A stretch of DNA of 64,000 bases, taken from contig OZ245838.1 of assembly GCA_965228735.1 (NCBI GenBank), positions 2,112,001 through 2,176,000 of the forward strand, read 5' to 3'. A program made the translations under genes and the position numbers. Shown piece after piece: positions 54,548 through 63,010 of this stretch. Below the pieces are notes generated by a model. That model ran no database searches. It saw nothing but the letters and a program-made list of their open reading frames with translations, and was not told the DNA's origin. Every line of letters begins with the position of its first letter. The stretch's first letter is position 1. This stretch comes from Planctomycetota bacterium. Its GTDB lineage: Bacteria > Planctomycetota > UBA1135 > UBA2386.

Positions 54548-56248
54548 ATGACCCGACTCAGGTTCGCCCCGTTCTTCGTTGCCGCTCTGAGCCTTCCCAT
54601 CGCGTTCGTGAACGCACAGAAGGTGCTGCCCGTGCACGACCTGCTCTACGAGGAGGTGGCTCGCGATCGATACATCGAGCAGGTGCGGCCCGGGGAATGG
54701 CGCTCCTGGCCGCCGCGGTGCTTCGTCGGCGAGAACCGGCTCGGCGGGATGCGGATGGAGAACGAGTCGTGCTTCCCCGACCGTCACGCCCGCGGCCACT
54801 TCACGAGGGAGCAGCTCGGCGAGCTGCTCGAGCGCCTCGGCTTCGACGCCGACGTGCGTTTCCTCGGCAACAGCCTCATCGTTCCCCAGGGCGCTGCCGA
54901 GTCCTGTCAGACGCTGCTGAACGAACTCCGTGCCGCTCTGCCACCCGTCGTCACCGCGGAGGTGCGCCTCACGCAAGTGATCGACGGCAAGCCTGACGTT
55001 CGACTGCAGCGGACCGTCCGCCTGGACCCCGGCCGACTGCACGTGATCGGCAGCTCGTCGAAACGCGATGCCGTCGTCGAGTACGACGTCGAAATCGCGC
55101 AGGGAGCGGCGGCCGCCAACCCGAGGGTGATCGAGGTGCGGAGCGGCGCGATGCTCGCGATCCGACCGCAGCTCGCGCCGTCCGGCGAGTGGGGTGTGTT
55201 CGAGATCGTCGCGCGCTGCGCGGACGATCCCGGCCTGCCGGCGATCGCCACGGGCCACGCCGGCACCGGCGACATCGATCGCGCCGGCGTGCAGATCGGC
55301 GAGGTCGGTCGCATCGTCCGGATCCGGCCGGGCGCGACCTCGGTGCAGCGCTGGTCCGGCCCGGGCGGCGAGTTCGAACTGCAGATGACGTGCCAATGGC
55401 AGCTGCCCAAGCCCGTTCGACCCGGCGGTCGCGACCTTGCGATCTTCTCGATGCGGGGCGAGCTGCCGGGGTTTCGCAGCGCGGCAACGAGGCTCGATAC
55501 GGACAACGGCTGGCGCGAGGACGAGAACGTCTGGGGCGACATGAGTGAGCTCGCCGCGAGCGACGCGACGTGGATCGCCGAGCCGGACAGCGACACGGAT
55601 GCGCAGCGCTTCATCGCGAGCGGCACGGCGAGCGTCGCGGCCGGCGCGGCGATCGCGGGCTGGTTCGAGTCGCTGACGGCCGGTCCGGTGCTCGACGTGC
55701 AGTGCTTCGACGTCGCTACCACCCCCGGCGCGGGCTCCGACGATCAGGGCATTCCGGCCGACGCCAAGCCGCTCGGCCGCGCGCAGTATTCGCAGGTCAA
55801 CGGCACGTGGAGCGCGATGACCGTGCGCCGAGTCCAGAGCTACCTGCACGATTGGGACGTCGAGATCGCGCAGTCCGCGCGCATTCCCGATCCCAAGATC
55901 CGCCGACTGTCGACCGGGCTCGTGCTCAACATGCGGCGCCTCGGCAACCAGCTCGAGCTCGACGGCGAGATCAGCCGCCTCGTCGACCTGCACGAAACGA
56001 CGCGACAGCTCAACCAGCCCGTGTTCTCACCCGGCGCTTCGACGAGCATCAACAGCGGCACGAACGACCGCCCCGCCATCGGCCTGCTCGCCGACACCGT
56101 CCGCATCGAACGCCCCGAGGTCCGCACCGCGCCGATGCAGGCCAGCCTCGAGCTCGTTCCCGGCGGCACCGTGACCTGGCGCACTGCCGCCCCCGAACTC
56201 CTCGGCCCGGGCCGCGACCTGCTCGTCGTGATCATGACGCCGCAGTGA
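54548..56248 (+). CDS. Secreted hypothetical protein with two DVEIAQ modules (paralog 2)
   Basis: Colinear with the upstream gene ([21 protein letters not shown], RGxLPGFRS, SQVxGTWS, RIPDPK). Confidence 0.75.
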   Translation: MTRLRFAPFFVAALSLPIAFVNAQKVLPVHDLLYEEVARDRYIEQVRPGEWRSWPPRCFVGENRLGGMRMENESCFPDRHARGHFTREQLGELLERLGFDADVRFLGNSLIVPQGAAESCQTLLNELRAALPPVVTAEVRLTQVIDGKPDVRLQRTVRLDPGRLHVIGSSSKRDAVVEYDVEIAQGAAAANPRVIEVRSGAMLAIRPQLAPSGEWGVFEIVARCADDPGLPAIATGHAGTGDIDRAGVQIGEVGRIVRIRPGATSVQRWSGPGGEFELQMTCQWQLPKPVRPGGRDLAIFSMRGELPGFRSAATRLDTDNGWREDENVWGDMSELAASDATWIAEPDSDTDAQRFIASGTASVAAGAAIAGWFESLTAGPVLDVQCFDVATTPGAGSDDQGIPADAKPLGRAQYSQVNGTWSAMTVRRVQSYLHDWDVEIAQSARIPDPKIRRLSTGLVLNMRRLGNQLELDGEISRLVDLHETTRQLNQPVFSPGASTSINSGTNDRPAIGLLADTVRIERPEVRTAPMQASLELVPGGTVTWRTAAPELLGPGRDLLVVIMTPQ

Positions 56249-56251
56249 CCC

Positions 56252-56330
56252 CGTACGGTACCTGGTTCGAACTGCCGACTTCCCGCGCCTGCGGCGCGGG
56301 AAGTCGGCAGTTCGAACCAGGTACCGTACG
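56252..56330. repeat. Perfect 38-bp inverted repeat with 3-nt loop
   Basis: 56252-56289 is the exact reverse complement of 56293-56330. Confidence 0.95.
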
Positions 56331-56345
56331 CCGTAGGCTTCCGCG

Positions 56346-57638
56346 ATGCGGATCCTGCTTCTGAGTCACGGCCTGCCGCCCGACAGTGTGGGCGGCGTGC
56401 AGCAGCACGTCGTCGGGTTGGCCGATGCCCTCGTGCAGGCCGGACACGACGTGCACGTGCTCGCGCGCAGCAACCTGCCGGGGACAGCACAGGGTGAACG
56501 CGTCGCGGCGACCGCCGACGAGATCGCGGCGAGCGGTGCCCGCGGTGCCCATGTCACGTGGTGTGCGTATCGCTGGGAGAACTGTGACTCGATCGCGGCG
56601 ATGTACGAGTGCGAGCCGATGGCCGCGGCCGTGCGCGCGTTCGTCGAAGAACGGGCGGCGGCCGGCGAGACGTTCGACGTCGCGCACGTGCACCACCTCA
56701 CGGGCCTGTCGACCGACAGCGTCCGCGCGATCCGTGACGCGGGCGTGCCCGTGGTGCTCACGCTGCACGACTACTGGCTGTTCTGCCCGCGTGGCCAGAT
56801 GTTCCACGTCGACTCCGAGCGCTGCGACCGCGCCGAGGTCGAGCGCTGCGCGGACTGCCTGCAGCGCACGTTCTCGGGTTGGTTCAACGAGACCAACCGC
56901 ACGCAGAACGTCGAGAACCTGCACGCCCGCGCCCGCGCCGTGATGCTCACGGCCGACCGCCTCGTCGTGCCGTCGCCGCGCGCGATCGCGCCGTTCGCCG
57001 ACCTCGGCATCCCGGGCGAACAATTCGAGATCGTCGAGAACGGCGTCGACACGGGCAACCTGCACGCGCTGCCGCCGCCGGTGCCGCACGACGGGCCGCT
57101 GCGCCTCGGCTACCTCGGCACGCTGATGGCGAGCAAGGGCCTGCACGTGGTGCTCGACGCGCTGCAGCGGCTGCCGCAGGGCACGGCGACGCTCACGATC
57201 CACGGCAACGCGGTCCCCTACCACGGCGACGAGACCTATCTCAATCGCTGCTTCCAGCGCCTGCAGCCCGGCAGCGGCGTCTCCTACCACGGCCCCTACG
57301 GCCTCGACGCCTTGCCGCGGCTCTTCGCCGAGATCGACGTGCTCGTCGCACCCGCACTGTGGCACGAGGCGTTCGGCCTCACGGTCCGCGAAGCGCTCGC
57401 GGCGGGCCGCCCGGTGCTGGTGAGCGAGATCGGCGGCCTGCAGGACGCGGTCGACGACGGCGAGCAGGGCTACGTGCTGCCGCCGGGCGACGTGCCGGCC
57501 TGGGCCACCGCGATCGAACGCCTGGCGAACGACCGCGACCTCGTGGCGACGCTCGCGTCCGGCGCGCGCGAACGGGCGCGTTCGTTCGCCGAGATGGCCG
57601 CCGAGCTGGTCGCGATCTACGGCGAAGTCCGAGGCTGA
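56346..57638 (+). CDS. Glycosyltransferase family 4
   Basis: MRILLLSH..GG, TLHDYW, NGVD, KGLH, EAFGLTVREALAAGRPV. Confidence 0.92.
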   Translation: MRILLLSHGLPPDSVGGVQQHVVGLADALVQAGHDVHVLARSNLPGTAQGERVAATADEIAASGARGAHVTWCAYRWENCDSIAAMYECEPMAAAVRAFVEERAAAGETFDVAHVHHLTGLSTDSVRAIRDAGVPVVLTLHDYWLFCPRGQMFHVDSERCDRAEVERCADCLQRTFSGWFNETNRTQNVENLHARARAVMLTADRLVVPSPRAIAPFADLGIPGEQFEIVENGVDTGNLHALPPPVPHDGPLRLGYLGTLMASKGLHVVLDALQRLPQGTATLTIHGNAVPYHGDETYLNRCFQRLQPGSGVSYHGPYGLDALPRLFAEIDVLVAPALWHEAFGLTVREALAAGRPVLVSEIGGLQDAVDDGEQGYVLPPGDVPAWATAIERLANDRDLVATLASGARERARSFAEMAAELVAIYGEVRG

Positions 57639-57785
57639 CGAGCCACGTTTAAGTACGGTGGAGCGAACTTGATTCGGAACCCCTGAATTCCTAGTCTCTT
57701 CGCCCCAAATCACCGACCATCCCGGTCGGCACGAGCGGCGGCGGCGAGATGCCGCAGCCGTCGGGACCATTGCGTCAGGAAATCG

Positions 57786-59102
57786 ATGACGGACACCGTA
57801 CCCGAAGAATCCCCCAGCTCGATCGACCCCACGGCACTGCTCAGCGGCGAGATGACTCCGCCGCGTCTCGAGGAGTTCAAGACCGCGGTCTTCCAGAACG
57901 TGAACACGGTCGAGAGCCTGCGTGACTGGCTCGGCAGCCCGATGGCGCGCGGCACGAGCCGCGGCTTCGCCGTGTGGGCGCTCGGCCGTCACAACGAGGC
58001 GGTCGAACTGCTGGCGGGCGAGAAGAGCAATTCTGCCGCGGCGCTGTGCCTGGCGACGAGCCACGCCGCGCTCGGCGATCTCGATGCAGTCGAGGCCGTC
58101 CTGCCCAACCGCAAGACCGACGCCGCGCAGGCGCTGGCGTGGCTGCGCGCGCTCGACCAGGCCGCGGACGGCGAACGCCTCGCGAGCGAACTCGAGGCGC
58201 TGAAGGCGCACCTCGGTGAGCCGGATCAGAAGTACTTCACGGGCCGCGTGCACGAGCTCAACCACGAGAACGAGGCCGCGATCGCGTGCTACGACGACGT
58301 GCTCGCGCTCGACGAGAGCCACAAGCACGCGCTGTTCCGCCTCGCGGTCAACGTCGATCTGCGCGGCGAGGACGAGGAGGCGCGCGAGCTCTACGAGCGC
58401 GCGCTCATGGCGCCGCCCGTCAACGTCGCGTGCGTGATGAACCTCGGCATCCTCTACGAGGACATCGGCAACTACCGCCGCGCGATGCAGTGCTTCGACC
58501 TCGCGTTGCAGGCCGACCCCGAGAACGCGCGCGCGCGCCTCTACCGTCGTGACGCAGCCGCCGCGCTCAACATGTACTACGACGAGGACCAGGAGCGCCG
58601 CGACGACAAGCGCAACAAGCTCCTGCGGACCCCGATCAACGACTTCGAGCTGTCGGTGCGGTCGCGCAACTGCCTCGCGAAGATGAGCATCCGCACGCTC
58701 GGTGACCTCGTGAAGAAGACCGAGGCCGAGCTGCTGAGCTACAAGAACTTCGGCGAGACGTCGCTCAACGAGATCAAGGAGATCCTCAAGAACAAGGGCC
58801 TCCGCCTCGGCATGACGGCCGACGAACTCATGAACCGCGATCTCGGTGTCGAGGACGCGCCGGCCGTTGCGCCGGAAGAGGCCCCGGACCCGAACAGCCC
58901 CGACCCGACGCGCCGCCCGATCACGGAGCTCGACCTGTCGGTTCGCAGCCGCCGCATCGTCGATCTGCTCAAGATCCGCACGATCGGCGACCTGTCGAAC
59001 AAGACGGAGGCCGAACTCCTCGCGTGCCCGAACTTCGGCCAGACCTCGCTGAACGAGATCAAGACGAAGCTCGACGAGTTCGGCCTCAGCCTCCGCGGCT
59101 GA
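57786..59102 (+). CDS. TPR protein with two RNA polymerase alpha C-terminal domains
   Basis: TPR-like helices, then ELSVRSRNCL...NFGETSLNEIK and DLSVRSRR...NFGQTSLNEIK. Confidence 0.88.
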   Translation: MTDTVPEESPSSIDPTALLSGEMTPPRLEEFKTAVFQNVNTVESLRDWLGSPMARGTSRGFAVWALGRHNEAVELLAGEKSNSAAALCLATSHAALGDLDAVEAVLPNRKTDAAQALAWLRALDQAADGERLASELEALKAHLGEPDQKYFTGRVHELNHENEAAIACYDDVLALDESHKHALFRLAVNVDLRGEDEEARELYERALMAPPVNVACVMNLGILYEDIGNYRRAMQCFDLALQADPENARARLYRRDAAAALNMYYDEDQERRDDKRNKLLRTPINDFELSVRSRNCLAKMSIRTLGDLVKKTEAELLSYKNFGETSLNEIKEILKNKGLRLGMTADELMNRDLGVEDAPAVAPEEAPDPNSPDPTRRPITELDLSVRSRRIVDLLKIRTIGDLSNKTEAELLACPNFGQTSLNEIKTKLDEFGLSLRG

Positions 59103-59124
59103 GTTCCAACTCTGCGGGCCGAAG

Positions 59125-59141
59125 GTGGCGGTACCGAACCC
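59125..59141 (+). repeat. 5' part of the REP-like arm interrupted by the intron (contains IBS2 and IBS1)
   Basis: GTGGCGGTACCGAACCC, matching 47146-47161. Confidence 0.85.
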
Positions 59142-61133
59142 TTGCGCCAGGCGAAGCCTGGACGGGAGAAATCATGACCTGACAGGAATGAGAACCCCGT
59201 ATTGGAGTCCCGCGGGTGACGAAACCCGCCCGGCGAAGGCTAGCCACCAGCCGGAAGCGAGTCTTGCGTGGCGACCGGGTAACCGCCGCTGCGAAGCGTA
59301 GACAGCGAGGATGTGGGCGGCGCGACTGAGCCCCGAAAGTACCGACAGCGAGAGAGCCGACGTGGTGGGTTCATCGGAAGGCAACATGGAAGGGCCGCAA
59401 CCGGCTTGGCCCGGAAGTCTCTCCGGGGTCCTGAGAACGACCGCACGCATCCATCGGACTCCCCAGGAACCTGGGATCCCCTCGATTGGTCCGATCGTCA
59501 ACTCCGGCTGGGGCCCGGAAACCAACTCTCCAGGGCCGCGACGTCGTGTCCGCGTCGGTGCCGTCAAGGAATCCGGACACACGGCCGGTACCGCCGAGCG
59601 AAGGAAACGAAGCGACGCGGGACGCCAACGAGGGAGTCGGAGTGCGTCATAGTACCAAAGAGTCCGGGGAACCCGCCCCACGGGGACCCGGCGGAGGGAA
59701 GGGCGTCACCGGCGACAAGGAACCGCTGGACGGACCGACCACGGAGACGACGGGCTCCGAGCAGGTCTCCACGAAACTCCGGCGGGTAGCGGAGCTGGCG
59801 AGGCAGCGACCAGACCTGGTCCTGACCACACTGGCACACCACATGGACATCGCGCTTCTGCGGGAGGCGTATCGCCGCACGCAGAAGTCCAAAGCTCCTG
59901 GTGTCGACGGCGTCACGGCTCGCGACTACGAGCAGGATCTCGAGGGCAACCTCGCGGACCTGCACGAACGCGCGAAGTCAGGGCGCTATCGCGCACCACC
60001 GGTCCGGCGCGTGCACATCCCGAAAGGGAAGGGTGGCACGCGTCCAATCGGAGTGCCGACGCTGGAGGACAAGGTCTTGCAGCGGGCGGTGACGCAAGTG
60101 ATGGAGGCGGTATATGAGCAGGACTTCTTGGACTGCTCGCACGGCTTCCGTCCCGGTCGCTCGCCGCACACGGCACTGGAATCGCTTTGGAAGCATGCGA
60201 TGTCGATGGGTGGCGGCTGGCTGTTGGAAGTCGACATCCAAGGTTTCTTCGACAACCTGGAGCCGACCCATCTGCGAGCGATCCTCGACCAGCGGGTGCG
60301 CGACGGAGTGTTCCGTCGACTGATCGACAAGTGGCTGAAGGCGGGGGTGCAGGAGGACGGTGCGCTGCATCGCTCTCGCAAAGGCACCCCACAAGGAGGC
60401 GTGATTTCGCCGCTGCTGGCGAACATCTATTTGCACGCAGTGCTGGACCGTTGGTTTGTCGAGGAAGTCAAGCCGAGGCTTGCCGGTCGCGCGGAGTTGG
60501 TCCGCTATGCGGACGACTTCGTGATCCTGTTTGCCGTCGAAGCCGATGCACGTGCGATGTCGTCGATCCTGGCCCAAAGGCTCGGGCGCTTCGGCCTCAC
60601 ACTGCATCCGGACAAGACCCGGTTAGTCCGCTTCCAACCGCCCGAAGACGGCGCGGCGGGGAGCGGCACTTTCGACTTCCTGGGCTTCACCCATCACTGG
60701 TCACGCTCCCGGCGCGGCCGATGGACCGTGCAGCGGCGCACCACACGACACGTCGTGACCCGTACCCTGACTGGGCTACGGGATTGGTGCCGTCGCAATC
60801 GGCACGACAAGGTCCGCGTCCAGTACTCCACCCTGTGCTCGAAGCTACGGGGGCACTACCTCTACTTCGGCGTGACCGGCAACTCTGCTGCGTTACGTCG
60901 CGTATGGTACGAGGCCCGTCGCATCTGGCATCGGTGGCTGAGCCGGCGCTCGCGGGCGGCCTACATGTCGTGGGCCCGCTTCGAGCAACTGCTGCGTGCA
61001 TACCCGCTTCCTCCGCCCCGGCTGACCCGGTCGGTCTACGCAGCGAGCCCTTGTCGCTGACGAGCCGGATGCGTTAGCCGCGCACGTCCGGATCTGTGGG
61101 AGCCCTGGGGGGAGACCCCCAGGGCCACCCGGC
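59142..61133 (+). mobile_element. Group II intron (IIB-type, probably bacterial class E)
   Basis: 5' end TTGCG (GUGYG variant). Domain V GAGCCGGATGCGTTAGCCGCGCACGTCCGGATCT at 61062-61095 with AGC triad. Domain VI stem with candidate branch A, ending CCACCCGGC. Removing it restores the repeat arm. Confidence 0.93.
59726..61060 (+). CDS. ltrA: Group II intron reverse transcriptase/maturase without endonuclease domain
   Basis: KAPGVDG, RRVHIPK, RPIGVP, SHGFRPGRS, GTPQGGVISPLLANIYL, RYADD, FDFLGF, maturase X (LRGHYLYF); no HNH motif. Start uncertain. Confidence 0.95.
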   Translation: MDGPTTETTGSEQVSTKLRRVAELARQRPDLVLTTLAHHMDIALLREAYRRTQKSKAPGVDGVTARDYEQDLEGNLADLHERAKSGRYRAPPVRRVHIPKGKGGTRPIGVPTLEDKVLQRAVTQVMEAVYEQDFLDCSHGFRPGRSPHTALESLWKHAMSMGGGWLLEVDIQGFFDNLEPTHLRAILDQRVRDGVFRRLIDKWLKAGVQEDGALHRSRKGTPQGGVISPLLANIYLHAVLDRWFVEEVKPRLAGRAELVRYADDFVILFAVEADARAMSSILAQRLGRFGLTLHPDKTRLVRFQPPEDGAAGSGTFDFLGFTHHWSRSRRGRWTVQRRTTRHVVTRTLTGLRDWCRRNRHDKVRVQYSTLCSKLRGHYLYFGVTGNSAALRRVWYEARRIWHRWLSRRSRAAYMSWARFEQLLRAYPLPPPRLTRSVYAASPCR

Positions 61134-61233
61134 GTTTCAACTCCGCCACCGCTGCGCCGGCGGGGGCGCGCTTCTGAACCGGGCTTGCGCGGGCTCGCGG
61201 ATGGCGGATTCGAAACGGGTTCGGTACCGCCAC
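61134..61233. repeat. Remainder of the interrupted REP/MITE-like element
   Basis: GTTTCAACTCCGCCAC...ATGGCGGATTCGAAACGGGTTCGGTACCGCCAC. Confidence 0.85.
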
Positions 61234-61249
61234 ACGGGCTAGACTGCGG

Positions 61250-61843
61250 GTGATGTACGACCATCTGCACGGCGAGATCGTCGAGAAGCACGCCTCGACC
61301 GCCGTCGTGCGGTGCGCGGGGGTCGGCTACCTCGTCCGCGTCTCGCTGTCGACGTCGGCCGAGCTGCGGATCGGCGAGACGCAGCAGGTCTACACGATCC
61401 TGCACGTCGTCGACGGGACGCCGTCGTTGCTCGGGTTCTCGACGACCGCCGAACGCGAGCTCGCGCGCCGCATCCTCGGCGTCAGCGGGGTCGGGCCGTC
61501 GATCGCCCTCGCGCTGCTGAGCGTCTACGCGCCGCGGGAACTCGCGGGCACGATCGCGCAGAACGACGCGGCGGCGCTGAAGCGCGTGAAGGGCGTCGGC
61601 CAGAAGACCGCGGAGCGCCTCTGCCTCGAGCTGCGCGAGGTCATGGACAAGCTCGACCTCGGCGTCGCGGCAACGGAGCCGACGACGGTGCTGCCGAGCC
61701 AGAGCGCAGAGGACGCCGTCGCGGCGCTCGTCACGCTCGGCTACGCGGAGAAGGACGCGCGCAACAAGGTGCAGAGGGTGCGCGGCAAGAGCGTGGACGA
61801 GGTCGACACGGAGACCCTCGTGAAGACCGTCCTGCAGATGTAA
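61250..61843 (+). CDS. ruvA: Holliday junction branch migration protein RuvA
   Basis: GVGY, LLGF, VSGVGP, VKGVGQKTAERL..EL, AVAALVTLGY. Confidence 0.95.
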   Translation: MMYDHLHGEIVEKHASTAVVRCAGVGYLVRVSLSTSAELRIGETQQVYTILHVVDGTPSLLGFSTTAERELARRILGVSGVGPSIALALLSVYAPRELAGTIAQNDAAALKRVKGVGQKTAERLCLELREVMDKLDLGVAATEPTTVLPSQSAEDAVAALVTLGYAEKDARNKVQRVRGKSVDEVDTETLVKTVLQM

Positions 61844-61882
61844 CGAGCCACCCTGCCCGCGCCGCCGCGTTACGATCGCGGC

Positions 61883-62959
61883 ATGCGAGTCCCCCATGTC
61901 GCCATCGCCTTCGCGGCGACCCTGCCGTTCGCCGATGCCGCCGCGGCCCAGTCGCCGTGGCAGTTCCTGCAGAAGAAGTACGACAAGGACGGCGACTCGG
62001 CGGTGACACCCGCGGAGTACGACCGCGGCGCCGATCGCTTCGCCAAACTCGACCGCAACGCGGACGGCAGGATCACGGCCAGCGACTTCGAGAAGGAAGC
62101 CGACGGCGGCCCACCGAGGGGCTACATGCTGCGACTGTGGAGTCAGCTCGGGCGCACCGCCGACCTGAACCACGACGGCCAGGTGCCGCCCGCCGAGTGG
62201 CGCACGTTCGTCGGCGGACTCCCGACCGGCGACGACGGCGTGCTCGGCAAGACGGCGCTGCCGTTCTTGCAGAACACGCAGGGGATCGCCCGTCGCGCGC
62301 CGCGTATGTTCGACGCCGACAAGGACGGCGACCTCACGCCGGACGACCTCGACGCGTTGTTCGGCCGGCTCGACGTGAACGGCGACGGCACGCTGCAGCG
62401 CGCCGAACTCGGCACGCATCCGATCGTCGGCGAGCTGGCGCCCGACTTCGAACTGCCGCTCCTGTCCGACACGAAGACGAAGGTGCGCCTGTCGAGCTTC
62501 CGCGGCAAGCAACCGGTCGGGCTGATCTTCGGCTCCTATACCTGACCCCCGTTCCGCAGCTCGGCCGGTCGGCTGAGGCAGACGCATCGACGGTTCGGCA
62601 AAGATGCCGCGATCTTCGTCGTCTACGTCAAGGAAGCGCATGCGCTCGACAGCGACTGGCCGATGGAGTTCGGCAACATCGAGGACCCGACCAACCTCGC
62701 GGAGCGCGCGGCCGTCGCGAGTACGTGCATGGCCGATCTCGAGCTGCCGATGCCCGCCCTCATCGACGAGCTCGACGACGAGATCGCGACCACGTATGGC
62801 GCCCTGCCCGATCGGCTCTACGTAATCGGCAAGGACGGCAGGGTGACCTATGCCGGTGGCCAGGGGCCGTTCCTGTTCGACCCGGGCGCGTTCGACCGCG
62901 CGCTGGCGCGGGCCGTTGCGGCCAACGAGAAGACGGTCAGCGAGCGAAGGGACCGTTGA
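61883..62959 (+). CDS. Secreted EF-hand plus iodothyronine-deiodinase-like selenoprotein (Sec at residue 221, 358 aa)
   Basis: ORFs 61883-62545 and 62663-62959 are one frame separated only by TGA 62543-62545: APDFEL...LIFGSYT-U-PPFR...VYVKEAH...YGALPDRLYVI. Confidence 0.9.
62560..62577 (+). promoter_or_regulatory. Putative bacterial SECIS hairpin
   Basis: CTCGGCC-GGTC-GGCTGAG; 21 nt lie between the UGA and the loop. Confidence 0.75.
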
Positions 62960-63010
62960 TCGCGCGGGACGATCGGCAAGCGGCCGGCGACCCGGTATCC
63001 TCGTCCGGCC

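Noticed and set aside
59486..61060. RT as a retron, DGR or defence RT
   Set aside because: It has a maturase X domain and flanking domain V/VI ribozyme structure, so it is a group II intron protein.
61883..62959. Pseudogene with a premature stop
   Set aside because: The TGA falls exactly at the catalytic Cys/Sec column of the deiodinase motif and is followed by a SECIS-like hairpin.
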